Origin: an uncultured Candidatus Binatia bacterium
GTDB lineage: Bacteria; Desulfobacterota; Binatia; UBA9968; JAJDTQ01
NCBI GenBank assembly: GCA_965214905.1
Contig: OZ243984.1
Span: forward strand, 3,963,802 to 4,027,801
Length of the DNA: 64,000 nt
Direction of reading: 5' to 3'
Positions 8,905-19,270 of the stretch are shown here, piece after piece. The position numbers were made by a program, and so were the translations under genes. Under the pieces are notes generated by a model. The model was not told the DNA's origin. It saw only the letters and a program-made list of their open reading frames with translations, and did not search any database. Each line of letters begins with the position of its first letter. Position 1 is the stretch's first letter.

Positions 8905-9069
8905 ATGACTAGGCACTTGACGGCCGTAATCCAACGCGAGGGAGATGGTTACGTCGCGCTGTGTCCGGAACCGGATGTCGCCAGCCAAGGCGTTACCGTG
9001 GCCGAAGCGCGCGGCAACCTGATGGAAGCGTTGGAGTTGTTCCTTGAAACGGCGTCCGACCCGGAGTAG
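8905..9069 (+). CDS. hicB: HicB-family (UPF0150-type) antitoxin, 54 aa, no adjacent HicA
   Basis: Below the 60-aa cutoff of the track. AGGAGA RBS 6 nt upstream of ATG 8905. Translation is MTRHLTAVIQREGDGYVALCPEPDVASQGVTVAEARGNLMEALELFLETASDPE*. It fits the short HicB pattern (...dGgyvA.cPe...sqG.T.eEA..Nl.EAlel.le). Confidence 0.65.
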   Translation: MTRHLTAVIQREGDGYVALCPEPDVASQGVTVAEARGNLMEALELFLETASDPE

Positions 9070-9088
9070 ACAGGATTGACGTACAGTG

Positions 9089-9226
9089 ATGCATGGCGCG
9101 AAGTGGAAGAAGCAAGCGCGTGTCGTGTATCAGTGCCTCTATCGCGTCGTAGGGTGTCCAAAGTACCGCCTGCGAATACTGAAGGGTGCGGTGGCGAAGA
9201 ACCCACATCCGGGACCGGAAGTGTGA
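9089..9226 (+). pseudogene. Remnant of an IS200/IS605-family Y1 transposase (TnpA) N-terminus
   Basis: 45-codon ORF MHGAKWKKQARVVYQCLYRVVGCPKYRLRILKGAVAKNPHPGPEV*. The segment CLYRVVGCPKYRLRIL aligns with the conserved first strand of IS200 TnpA (CKYHIVFAPKYRRQAF in Salmonella IS200, from memory). There is no intact HUH motif or catalytic Tyr downstream; the next frame has only a vague ...[11 protein letters not shown]. Confidence 0.4.
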
Positions 9227-9409
9227 TTTCGGCGGTGATCCGGAGGCCGGGATACAATCACACGCTGGCGTTGCGAATCGACGGCCCCGGAGCTTCCAGG
9301 CCGCGGCGTTACAGAGCCGCGCACCGGTTCGGAGCCAACCACAAACGGCTATCATGAAAGCGGATCGGCGAGCGGGCGGTTCCCATCACCAAACCGGGAG
9401 AAGCGGCGC

Positions 9410-10992
<1,583 letters not shown>

Positions 10993-10996
<4 letters not shown>

Positions 10997-11412
10997 AGCT
11001 CGACTACTCGGCCTTGGAAGATGCGGTCGCTCAGTTGCAGAGGAGCTTCGACTATCTCCACGGCGACCTCGCCCGCACGGATTCCGGCCTGCGGGAGCAG
11101 TTCCGAGCCGCCACCATACAGGCGTTCGAGTTCACCTACGGGCTGGCGGTCAAGATGATCCAGAGGCAACTGGCCCAGGTTGCCGCCAATCCCGATGCCC
11201 TGCGCGAGATGGACTTCGCCGACCGGATGCGCGATGCGGCCGATGCCGGGATCGTTCGTGAGGCCCTGTCCTACATCCGTTACCGGGAGCTGCGGAACAA
11301 GACCTCCCACACCTACGACGCGGATAGGGCGGAGGAGACAGTCTCGGTGATTGACGAGTTCCTGCGCGACATGCGTCTCCTCCTGCAAGAGCTTCGGAGG
11401 CGCAACCCGTGA
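10993..11412 (+). CDS. HEPN-domain protein, HI0074-type nucleotidyltransferase substrate-binding family (toxin-like partner of MNT)
   Basis: Real part of ORF 10588..11412 begins at ATG 10993, giving an ATGA overlap with the hsdM stop. Sequence: [22 protein letters not shown]...[16 protein letters not shown]...[19 protein letters not shown] matches the HEPN Rx4H motif. 139 aa. Confidence 0.8.
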
Positions 11413-12863
11413 AACCGATTGACATCCGCCCAGCAGATCTGGATACGGTTCGGCGCATTCTGAGCGAGCACGTGCCTACCGTGGAGGTACGCGCCTTCGG
11501 ATCGCGGGTGGCCTGGAACGCGCGGGAAACCTCCGATCTCGACTTGGCGCTGATGACGGACGAGCCTTTGAGTGTCGACCGCACGGCAAGGCTGCGAGCT
11601 GCCTTCACGGACTCCGATCTGCCCTTTCGAGTGGACATCGTGGACTGGGCCAGCACGTCCGAGAGCTTCCGGCGGGTCGTCGAAGCGGAGTATGTCGTGT
11701 TACAACCGCCATTCCCCCGGAACCTGGATGCTGAGGGTGGCTGGACATCGATCAATCTCGGTCGGACGTGCATCAAGATCGACAGCGGGGCGACGCCGTG
11801 CGGCGGAAAAGACGTTTGCCAGCCGAGCGGACCGTACGCATTGATCCGAAGCCAGAACGTGCTCAAGGGCGGTTTCCGTCACGAAGATTTGGCGTACATC
11901 GGTGAGCATCACGCTTCCGAACTGTCGAGCAGGGATGTGCTGGACGGTGACGTTCTTCTCAACATCACTGGGGATTCCGTCGCACGAGCGTGTCAGGTCG
12001 ATCCGCATGTCCGTGAACAGCGGACCATCACGCACATCCTCGGCACGCTGGACGACAAGATCGAGATGAACCGGCGGATGAACGCGACGCTGGAGGCGAT
12101 GGCGCGGGCGTTGTTCAAGTCCTGGTTCGTCGATTTCGACCCCGTGCGGGCCAAGATGGAGGACCGCGACACCGGGCTGCCGAAAGAGATTGCCGACCTG
12201 TTCCCCGACCAGTTGGTGGAGACCGCGATCGGCCGGGTACCGGAGGGGTGGGCGGTAGTGTCGTTGACGGAGTTGATGAACGTCAACCCGAAACGCTCGC
12301 TATTGCGAGGGCAAGTCGCACCGTATCTCGACATGGCGAATATGCCGACGCGCGGGCACGTGCCGGATTCCATTGTTGATCGACCTGCCGGATCGGGAAT
12401 GCGATTCACGAATGGCGATACTCTCGTCGCTCGAATCACGCCGTGCCTTGAGAACGGCAAGACGGCCTATGTGGACTTCTTGCGTGCGTCTGAGGTCGGG
12501 TGGGGTTCAACAGAGTATATTGTCCTGAAGCCCAAACACCCTCTTCCCGACGAGTTCGCTTACTGCGTGGCTCGCAGCGCCGGATTCCGGGAATTCGCGA
12601 TCCGGAACATGAGCGGCACTCGCGGACGCCAGCGGGTACCGGCGGCAGCACTGGACGGCTTCGCGATGAGTGCACCCCCGGCGCCAGTAGCCGTGCGATT
12701 CGGGCACATCGCCCGTTCACTGTTCGGCCGCGCCAGATGGGCGGCGCTCGAATCCCGCGCGCTCGCCCACATTCGAGACGCGCTGCTGCCGAAGCTGGTG
12801 TCCGGCGAACTAAGGATAGGAAATGACACGCGAGCCATTGGGAGAACTGCTGGTGTCCGCTGA
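11409..12863 (+). CDS. hsdS: Fusion protein: minimal nucleotidyltransferase (MNT, HI0073-like) N-terminal domain + type I R-M specificity subunit HsdS with a shortened first target-recognition domain
   Basis: 484 aa, with a GTGA overlap with the HEPN stop. Residues 1 to about 98 carry the MNT motif FGSRVAWNARETSDLDLAL (GS-x10-DxD). From about residue 108 the sequence is HsdS-like. TRD1 reads GWTSINLG...DGDVLLNITGDSVARACQVDPHV and runs directly into the central conserved region REQRTITHILGTLDDKIEMNRRMNATLEAMARALFKSWFVDFDPV. A full-length TRD2 and the distal conserved region LPKLVSGELRI follow. Confidence 0.85.
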   Translation: MKPIDIRPADLDTVRRILSEHVPTVEVRAFGSRVAWNARETSDLDLALMTDEPLSVDRTARLRAAFTDSDLPFRVDIVDWASTSESFRRVVEAEYVVLQPPFPRNLDAEGGWTSINLGRTCIKIDSGATPCGGKDVCQPSGPYALIRSQNVLKGGFRHEDLAYIGEHHASELSSRDVLDGDVLLNITGDSVARACQVDPHVREQRTITHILGTLDDKIEMNRRMNATLEAMARALFKSWFVDFDPVRAKMEDRDTGLPKEIADLFPDQLVETAIGRVPEGWAVVSLTELMNVNPKRSLLRGQVAPYLDMANMPTRGHVPDSIVDRPAGSGMRFTNGDTLVARITPCLENGKTAYVDFLRASEVGWGSTEYIVLKPKHPLPDEFAYCVARSAGFREFAIRNMSGTRGRQRVPAAALDGFAMSAPPAPVAVRFGHIARSLFGRARWAALESRALAHIRDALLPKLVSGELRIGNDTRAIGRTAGVR

Positions 12864-12901
12864 AACTCCGACATTTCAGACGGAGACCCTGCTGCCGGTC
12901 C

Positions 12902-14716
12902 ATGGACTCGGCGCGCCGCATACTCCTGAACGGTAACCTTCAAGTGCGACACCCGAGGAAAACCAGGGACACGATCCAGCGGCTGATACGCGCCAGCCTG
13001 GGCGAGATTAAGGCCGACCTGATCCTGACCGGAGGGCGCCTGATCAACGTCTACACCGGCGAGGTCCTGGACGGCGTGGAGATCGCCGCCAGCGGCGGAC
13101 GTATCTGTTACGTGGGTTCCAGCGCGGCGCACACCCGCGGCGAGGAGACCCGGATCATCGACGCCCGGGGCCGGTGGATCGCTCCCGGATTCGTTGACGC
13201 GCATACCCACATCGGTCACTTCTGCCGCCCCTTCGAGTTGTTGCAGGCGTACCTGCCTCACGGCGCCACGGCGCTCATGGCTTCGTGCGACGAGCACACG
13301 GTGGCCTTCGGTCCGGCCGGCATGAAGCTCTTTCTGGACGAGGTCGCCTGCCATCCGCTCCGGGTCTACACCCTGATATCCATGGCGGCGCCCCAGGACC
13401 CGCTGCTGTGCCGGACCGAGTCTCTCTCGGATCAGGAGGTGGCGGATGCTTTGCGGAATCCCCGGGTCCTGGGCCTCGGGGAAGTGGTGTCATGGCTCCG
13501 GCTGGTGCAGGGGGACCCGGAGGTGCTGGCGCGCATCGACATGGCCCTGGGCGCGGGCAAGATCGTGCACGGACACACCGCGGGCGCCCGAGACCGCCGC
13601 CTGAACGCCATCGCCGCCGCTTCCGTGTCGTCGTGTCACGAGCCCATCAGCGGCCGGGACGCATTGGAGCGCCTGCGGCTCGGCTATTGGACCATGCTGC
13701 GTGAGGGATCCTTCAGGCAGGACCTCGAAGCCACCCTCAAACCTCTGCTGGCAGCGGGCGTGGACACCGGCAGACTGATCCTCGTCACCGACGGCATGGC
13801 CCCCGATGACGTGGCTGCCGGCGGCCACATGGACCACGTGATCCGTCGCGCCGTGGAGTGTGGCCTGAGCCCCGTGCGCGCCATTCAAGCGATCACGCTG
13901 CACCCGGCTACGTACTCCGGCCTCGAACAGGATATCGGCGGCCTCGCGCCCGGTCGGTTCGCCGATTTCGTGCTGCTGGACGACCTCGAAACCGTGCGGG
14001 TGGGCGCAACTTTCATCGGCGGCGAGTTGGTGGCCGAGAGCGGCGAGTCGAAGGTAGACGCCGTTCCGCCGACCTTTCCCGGCGACATGGGTCTCAAGAC
14101 CGCCTTCCGCTTGCCGGTGACGGCCGATGACATGAGAATCCGGTGTGAAAACTCGAGTGCCCGCGTCCGGGTCATGGATCTCGTCAATCAGACCATCACA
14201 CGAGAGCGGATCGTCGACGTCGCCTGCGTCGGCGGGGTCATTCCCGCGGACGTCGAGTCCGATCTCCTGAAGGTGGCGGTCTTTGACCGCCGGGAAGGGT
14301 TCAGTCCCGCCTTCGGCTTCATCCGGGGCCTGAGAACCGACATCGGCGCGGTGGGAACCACCGTCAACCTCGACGAGTACACCCTCATGGTGGCGGGCTC
14401 CAGCGATTACGACATGGCCTATTGCGCCAATCTTCTGCTGGAGTCCGGGGGTGGCGTCGCGTTGGTTGACAAGGGCCAAGTCCTCCAGAAGATCCCGTTT
14501 TCCATCGGTGGTCTCTTCTCCCTGGAGCCCTGGCGCGACGTCGGCCACAAGCTCGAAGCCGTGCAGCGAATCCTGAAAGACCGCGGCGCGCCGTTTCCCA
14601 AACCGCTCTATGCCCTCTGCTTCCTGACGTTCGTAACGCTCCCGGAGCTGCGCATCACGGGCCGCGGTCTGGTGCGCGCCAAGGAACGGCGCATCGTGCC
14701 GCTCCTGGCGGAGTGA
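12902..14716 (+). CDS. ade: Adenine deaminase (amidohydrolase superfamily)
   Basis: 604 aa. Sequence: ADLILTGGRLINVYTGEVLDGVEIAASGGRICYVG...IDARGRWIAPGFVDAHTHIG (HxH metal site). Overall length and the C-terminal domain are typical of Ade. Confidence 0.8.
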   Translation: MDSARRILLNGNLQVRHPRKTRDTIQRLIRASLGEIKADLILTGGRLINVYTGEVLDGVEIAASGGRICYVGSSAAHTRGEETRIIDARGRWIAPGFVDAHTHIGHFCRPFELLQAYLPHGATALMASCDEHTVAFGPAGMKLFLDEVACHPLRVYTLISMAAPQDPLLCRTESLSDQEVADALRNPRVLGLGEVVSWLRLVQGDPEVLARIDMALGAGKIVHGHTAGARDRRLNAIAAASVSSCHEPISGRDALERLRLGYWTMLREGSFRQDLEATLKPLLAAGVDTGRLILVTDGMAPDDVAAGGHMDHVIRRAVECGLSPVRAIQAITLHPATYSGLEQDIGGLAPGRFADFVLLDDLETVRVGATFIGGELVAESGESKVDAVPPTFPGDMGLKTAFRLPVTADDMRIRCENSSARVRVMDLVNQTITRERIVDVACVGGVIPADVESDLLKVAVFDRREGFSPAFGFIRGLRTDIGAVGTTVNLDEYTLMVAGSSDYDMAYCANLLLESGGGVALVDKGQVLQKIPFSIGGLFSLEPWRDVGHKLEAVQRILKDRGAPFPKPLYALCFLTFVTLPELRITGRGLVRAKERRIVPLLAE

Positions 14717-16874
14717 TTGCCGCCCGATCCGCCCCAGGGAGGGACGACCCCGGTCGTCCCTTTCCCGCATCGGGCAAGTCGAACCGGAACGTGAGCCCGG
14801 CCATCACCGTGGCGCCTGGAGCCGGCGCCAGGAACGGAGCAGGCTTTCCGGAATCGCTGGCCAGGATACCGTACGTGTTGTATTCCGCGCCGGTCATGTT
14901 CTTAAGGGTCAGGAAAGCCGTCCACCAGCGCCGCGTGTAGGCGATGCGGCCGTTGAGGACAAAGTAATCGTCGAGCTTGGAGAATTCATTGGCCTCGTCG
15001 TTCAGCAGAAACTGGCTGCCCACGTAGGTTCCGGCCAGACCGAAGGTCAGGCCTCGCGCCGGGTGGAAGTTGAGGCCGAAGCCCAGGCGATGGCGCGGCA
15101 CCAGCGGGAACTCGTCGCCTTTGCGGACTCGTTGAAGGCCTCCTGCTCCGAAACGGACCAGATCGGTCTCGAAGGTAGCCTTGGTGACGGTAAAGTTGAT
15201 GAACCCGTCGAACCGTTTTCCGTACCCGCCTCTCAGCGTCAGCTCCACGCCACGTCTGAGCGTATCGGGAACGTTGACGTTCAGCCCGGTAAACGCGGCC
15301 TCATCGGTAACGGCGTAGAGAATCTCGTCCCGCACCGGCATGTAGAAGATCGATGCGGTTGCCTCGAGCCACGGAGGAAGCTTCCATCTCGCGCCGAGCT
15401 CGAAGTTCCGTGAACGCACCGCGTCCAGTTCGGTGACAAAGGTCCTGTAATCGGGCGGCGGACCGAAACCGCGAAACTCGTCCGAGGTAGGCGGGCGGAA
15501 GCCTTGGGAGAAGTTGAAGTAGAACCCCAAGGTATCCGAAGGGTTGTATACAATTCCAGCCTTGGGTGAGACTTGATGGAAGGTCTTTCCGAAGCTGTGG
15601 GTCGGTACATTCTTGTCGGTGAAATCGGTCTGACTCCGGTCGTAACGCAGCCCTGCGGCAATGGACAACTGTGGCAGGACGTCGGCCGTGTCCAGGAGAA
15701 AGACTCCGATTGCGTTCTCGCTCGTCCGGCTGTTTGCGGTATAGCTCCCGGAAGTGGCGCTGCCGAAGCGGTTGTGCCGGTAGTCCACCCCGGTATTGAA
15801 CCGGTGGCCGCGCCCAAGGAGCTTTCCCGCGTAGGTCAACTGGAGCGTTCCGCCTCCCTGGTCGTAGGATCGGTCGCTCAGGGCTTCCGGGTTCGGTCCG
15901 GAGGGAAAGAACGGGCGGCTGATGGTAAAGAGGATGTTTCCCCGCTGGCGGTAAAAGGCATTGAAGGCTCCGGAGAACCCGGGGGCAAGCTTCCGTCTGA
16001 GGTTGAGCGCGAGCAGATCCGATTCGTTCCGGGTGAAGTCCCCGGGCGTCGCGTCGTATCGGCGGCCGTGCTCGCGCATCTCTGACCGGGTCAAGGTCCC
16101 CGCCTGGCGGAGCTTGTTGACCACGCGCGTGTAGGAAAGGCTGAGATCCGTACCGTCCTCGTCAGCGTAGCCCAGTCGTGAGTGGATGCGAGTGCTCCGT
16201 TTCGGGGTGTTCCGGCGCCATCCGCCGGACAGTTCCCGAGTCACGCCGAGGTCGAAGCTCAGATCCATATCCGGAAGTCTACCGCCTGCGGTGAAACGGT
16301 GCCGCTGGCGCGAGTCGCTTCCGCCCGCCGTCTCACCCGCAAATCGGACTGGGTCGCCCGTGCTTTTTCGGGTCGTGATGTTGATGACGCCTGCAAGGGC
16401 GTTGCTGCCGAAGACGGTCCCCGGGCCGTGGATGATCTCGATCTTCTCGATGTCTTCGACGGGAATCAGATCAAAGCTGATGTAGTTGAAGTCGGGCTCG
16501 TTGACGCGGACGCCGTCATGGAACACCGTAACCCCGGGGGTCGGCTGGCCGTTGAAGCCGCGCAGGTCCACGGTTTGCTCGAACTCGTTGCCGATGGAGT
16601 CATACATCACGATGCCCGACTGGTATTGGAGCACCTCCTGGACCGTCCTGGCCCCCAACCTCTCGATTTCTTCGGCCGTGATGACCACGATCTTGACCGG
16701 CACCTTCGTCGCTTCCTCGCGGACGTCGGCGAGTCGGGTGGCCGTAACCTCGATGGGAGCGAGGGTGGTCTCCGGCGCAGGTTGCGGCTTGCTCTCCGGC
16801 GGGGAGTCCGCGGCGCCGGCTTGAACGGTCAGTAGAACAAGGACGGCAATGAGACACGGGGTCGAAAACCTCAT
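14655..16874 (-). CDS. TonB-dependent outer-membrane receptor (BtuB-like by riboswitch context)
   Basis: Real start is ATG 16874 (MRFSTPCLIAVLVLLTVQAGAADS signal peptide), which makes an ATGA overlap with the tonB stop. Plug region: TTLAPIEVTATRLADVREEATKVPVKIVVITAEEIERLGARTVQEVLQYQSGI. Beta-barrel repeats follow. The canonical terminal ...MAGLTFRF (Phe codon 14781-14783) is followed by 41 extra residues before the stop at 14655. Confidence 0.9.
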   Translation of the reverse strand: MRFSTPCLIAVLVLLTVQAGAADSPPESKPQPAPETTLAPIEVTATRLADVREEATKVPVKIVVITAEEIERLGARTVQEVLQYQSGIVMYDSIGNEFEQTVDLRGFNGQPTPGVTVFHDGVRVNEPDFNYISFDLIPVEDIEKIEIIHGPGTVFGSNALAGVINITTRKSTGDPVRFAGETAGGSDSRQRHRFTAGGRLPDMDLSFDLGVTRELSGGWRRNTPKRSTRIHSRLGYADEDGTDLSLSYTRVVNKLRQAGTLTRSEMREHGRRYDATPGDFTRNESDLLALNLRRKLAPGFSGAFNAFYRQRGNILFTISRPFFPSGPNPEALSDRSYDQGGGTLQLTYAGKLLGRGHRFNTGVDYRHNRFGSATSGSYTANSRTSENAIGVFLLDTADVLPQLSIAAGLRYDRSQTDFTDKNVPTHSFGKTFHQVSPKAGIVYNPSDTLGFYFNFSQGFRPPTSDEFRGFGPPPDYRTFVTELDAVRSRNFELGARWKLPPWLEATASIFYMPVRDEILYAVTDEAAFTGLNVNVPDTLRRGVELTLRGGYGKRFDGFINFTVTKATFETDLVRFGAGGLQRVRKGDEFPLVPRHRLGFGLNFHPARGLTFGLAGTYVGSQFLLNDEANEFSKLDDYFVLNGRIAYTRRWWTAFLTLKNMTGAEYNTYGILASDSGKPAPFLAPAPGATVMAGLTFRFDLPDAGKGRPGSSLPGADRAAITPPGAARCAVPWRAPDRGP
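14741..14763 (+). terminator. Stem-loop GGGACGAC-CCCG-GTCGTCCC followed by TTT, 25 nt after the ade stop
   Basis: Perfect 8-bp GC-rich stem at 14741-14748 / 14753-14760, with a short T tract at 14761-14763. It lies inside the C-terminal extension of the convergent receptor ORF. Confidence 0.5.
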
Positions 16875-17722
16875 GGCAATCTTTCTTTCCAATCTTCCTC
16901 CTTCAGCTTGAACACCACGGGGACCTTCACCCAGCTCGATACGGTCCTGGCGCCGTTGCGCGCCGGATGGAATTTCCAGCGCCGGACGGCTCTCACGGCC
17001 GCGGCGTCGAGAAGGTCGAAGCCCGAGGTCCGGTCCACCGTGACCTGGTCGGACCTTCCTCGGTGATCCACATGCACTTTCAACAAGGTGGTTCCTTCCC
17101 ATCCCGCCCGCCGCGCCTTCCTTGGATATTCCGGCTTGAACACCCGCGCGTAGCGCACTCCGGCAAAGGCGACGGCGGTTTCAAGCGCCGGACTCGCCGG
17201 TGTCTTCCGTTCATCGCTTCGAGCACCTTCGACGCCTGCGGCGGTTGCCCGGCCATGGCCGGATTCGTCCGGCGCCTTGCGCGCCGGTGCAGGCACCGGT
17301 GTGACTGTCCGATTCGGCGCCCCGGTGGGCTCAGGCTCCGGCGCCCGGTGCATTCGCCGCACCGGCCGAGCTGGAACTTTCTTCCGCACCGCACGCGCCG
17401 TCTTTCCGGCCGCACTCGGTTCTTGTTGCACTGCCGGCGCAACAGAAGGTTGAGACGGGGGCTTTGCCTGGGTCCGGGATAGCACCCGCGGCCGCTCTGG
17501 AGCTTCCTGCCGTTTTGGGTTCTTGGCGGAGCGCGCGTTCACGGCTTTCCGGGAGGGTCGCTTCGGCTGGTTGGCGTCAGTCCTTGGGGCGTCCAGCAAG
17601 CGGACCCGCAGGGGTTGGAGGGCGTTCTCCCCCCCACCGCCGGTGCTCATGGAAAACGGCAGAAAGAGGAGCGCACCATGAAGCAACGCAGAGCCCAGCA
17701 GGCAATACAGAAGGCGGCGCAT
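16871..17722 (-). CDS. tonB: TonB-family energy transducer
   Basis: Start at ATG 17722 (MRRLLYCLLGSALLHGALLFLPF membrane anchor). A Pro/Lys/Ala-rich linker follows. C-terminal TonB domain: YPRKARRAGWEGTTLLKVHVDHRGRSDQVTVDRTSGFDLLDAAAVRAVRRWKFHPA. Confidence 0.85.
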   Translation of the reverse strand: MRRLLYCLLGSALLHGALLFLPFSMSTGGGGENALQPLRVRLLDAPRTDANQPKRPSRKAVNARSAKNPKRQEAPERPRVLSRTQAKPPSQPSVAPAVQQEPSAAGKTARAVRKKVPARPVRRMHRAPEPEPTGAPNRTVTPVPAPARKAPDESGHGRATAAGVEGARSDERKTPASPALETAVAFAGVRYARVFKPEYPRKARRAGWEGTTLLKVHVDHRGRSDQVTVDRTSGFDLLDAAAVRAVRRWKFHPARNGARTVSSWVKVPVVFKLKEEDWKERLP

Positions 17723-17880
17723 GGAGTGTACCGCCTCACGAACAGATCCGTGAACTTGCCCGCTCGGTGTTCCGCCGGCTGCGATGCACCGAATGAACGG
17801 AGGCAGGAACGGATGCGTCTGCAAGAAAGTACGAGATGGCGAGACCTCCTCTCTCCTCGGAGAGCCTGGTTGCTTTCCGT

Positions 17881-18047
17881 CCCCAGGTAGGTCTCCTGGC
17901 TCATGGGCCGGCCGCTTCGACCACCTTGCCGCCTTCCCATCCTCGGTTCGAGGACAGTGGCATCAGGGCAAGGGTTCCCATTTACAGTGGCGGGACCGCA
18001 CCGGATTTTCACCGGTTTCCCTGTTATCCCGTTAGGGACCTGAGGAC
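17881..18047 (-). promoter_or_regulatory. Cobalamin (B12) riboswitch aptamer upstream of tonB and the TonB-dependent receptor
   Basis: The minus-strand RNA reads GUCCUCAGGUCCCUAACGGGAUAACAGGGAAACCGGUGAAAAUCCGGUGCGGUCCCGCCACUGUAAAUGGGAACCCUUGCCCUGAUGCCACUGUCCUCGAACCGAGGAUGGGAAGGCGGCAAGG...CAUGAGCCAGGAGACCUACCUGGGG. All canonical blocks are present and in order: AGGGAA-GGUG-AA-CC, CCCGC-ACUGU, GCCACUG...GGGAAGGC, and the B12 box AGCCAGGAGACCU. Confidence 0.9.
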
Positions 18048-18105
18048 CGGGCGGCCCGGAAGGCCGCCCAATGCCAGTGGGTTGTATCCGTACCCGGAGG
18101 TCCTG

Positions 18106-19050
18106 TCAAGAAGACAAGGCCGCCGTCATGTCCTTGATGTAGTCCTTGAACCCGGCTTCGACGCTGTACTCGGGCTCCCAGCCGAGCATTTCCTTGGCGC
18201 GGGTGACGACCATGGGCTGCTTCGAGGAGCGCGGTGGCTTCCCGGGGAGGATCTCCACATCGAGCTTCGGCAGCAGCCCCTGGACCATGGCGACCAGATC
18301 ATCGAAGGTCAGCAGCACGCCGGTTCCGATGTTGAAGGTGGTCTCCGCCGGCGCCGGAAGGGTCGCCGCCAGTTCGATGGCGCGTCCCACGTCCTTGAAG
18401 TAGACGTACTCGAAATCCCGTGCGGACTCCTGCGGGATGTTGGCGACGCCGCCCTTGATGCCGGCCTCCACCAGGCTCTGGAGCATCTCGCCGCCGGCCG
18501 AGCCCCCGGCGAAGTGCCCGAAGCCGAACACGTTGGCCAGCCGCAGCACGATGAGCTCGAAGCCGTAGAGCCGCTGATAGGCCTCCACCATGAGTTCCTT
18601 GGCGACCTTGGAGTTGCCGTAGGCGTTGCCGTCGCCGCGGTAGAACCCTTCGCCGATGGGGTCGTCGCCTTCCATGCGGCGGTTGTACACGCCCATGGTG
18701 CTGATCTGGATCAGCCGCTTGACGCCGGTGAGCCGCACGGCCTCGGCCACGTTGACGGTGCCCATGACGTTGATCTGAAGGCCGCTGTATACCGGGTTGG
18801 CCACCGCGCCTCCAATGAGGCCGGCGGTGTGCAGCACGGTATCCACGTCATGGGTCTGCATGGCGTCGATCAGCGCCGGCAGATCCCGGATGTCGCGCTT
18901 GAGGACGGTGACGTCGGTCTTCCCCAGCTTCCGTTCCAGGAAGTCCATTTTGGGCGCCATGTCGAAAAACACGATCTTTTCGCCCCGTTGAAGCGCGCGT
19001 TGCGCGAAGGCCGTGCCCACCAGTCCCACGCCGGTTATCAATGTGCTCAT
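18106..19050 (-). CDS. NAD-dependent epimerase/dehydratase (extended SDR family)
   Basis: Start at ATG 19050 with a GGAGGGGAG RBS. MSTLITGVGLVGTAFAQ (GxxGxxG) and YGNSK (YxxxK). 314 aa. The 486-aa + strand ORF 17836..19296 is its shadow. Confidence 0.85.
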   Translation of the reverse strand: MSTLITGVGLVGTAFAQRALQRGEKIVFFDMAPKMDFLERKLGKTDVTVLKRDIRDLPALIDAMQTHDVDTVLHTAGLIGGAVANPVYSGLQINVMGTVNVAEAVRLTGVKRLIQISTMGVYNRRMEGDDPIGEGFYRGDGNAYGNSKVAKELMVEAYQRLYGFELIVLRLANVFGFGHFAGGSAGGEMLQSLVEAGIKGGVANIPQESARDFEYVYFKDVGRAIELAATLPAPAETTFNIGTGVLLTFDDLVAMVQGLLPKLDVEILPGKPPRSSKQPMVVTRAKEMLGWEPEYSVEAGFKDYIKDMTAALSS

Positions 19051-19270
19051 CAAAGCTCCCCTCCTGTTTTCGTTTCCAAGTACCTGCACCAACCCCGGCG
19101 GCGTGTCAAGGCGCCGGACTTCGCTGCGTTCCGCCGGATGAGACGGTGGCAAAAGCTCCGCGGGCGCCACGGACAAAGCGCGCCGGCGCGTCTGCCGGCG
19201 GCCATCGCCGGCGGGCTGCCTCCGGAGCGGGGCCCCTTGACCGGCGCAGTACCTTCAAGTACGCCGGCCC

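Noticed and set aside
8423-8905. 160-aa ORF ending at the hicB start, as a candidate HicA toxin
   Set aside because: It has no HicA-like motif (no GSH core or dsRBD-like pattern). Only the last 47 codons or so (MKLTSPTLLALEEVKSWIEAIEQELPDLMF...) look vaguely protein-like, and no family was recognised.
19051-19270. 220-nt spacer between the ABC ATPase and the SDR gene, examined for a promoter or riboswitch
   Set aside because: It holds only a weak TTGACA-like hexamer without a convincing -10, and no conserved RNA motif was recognised.
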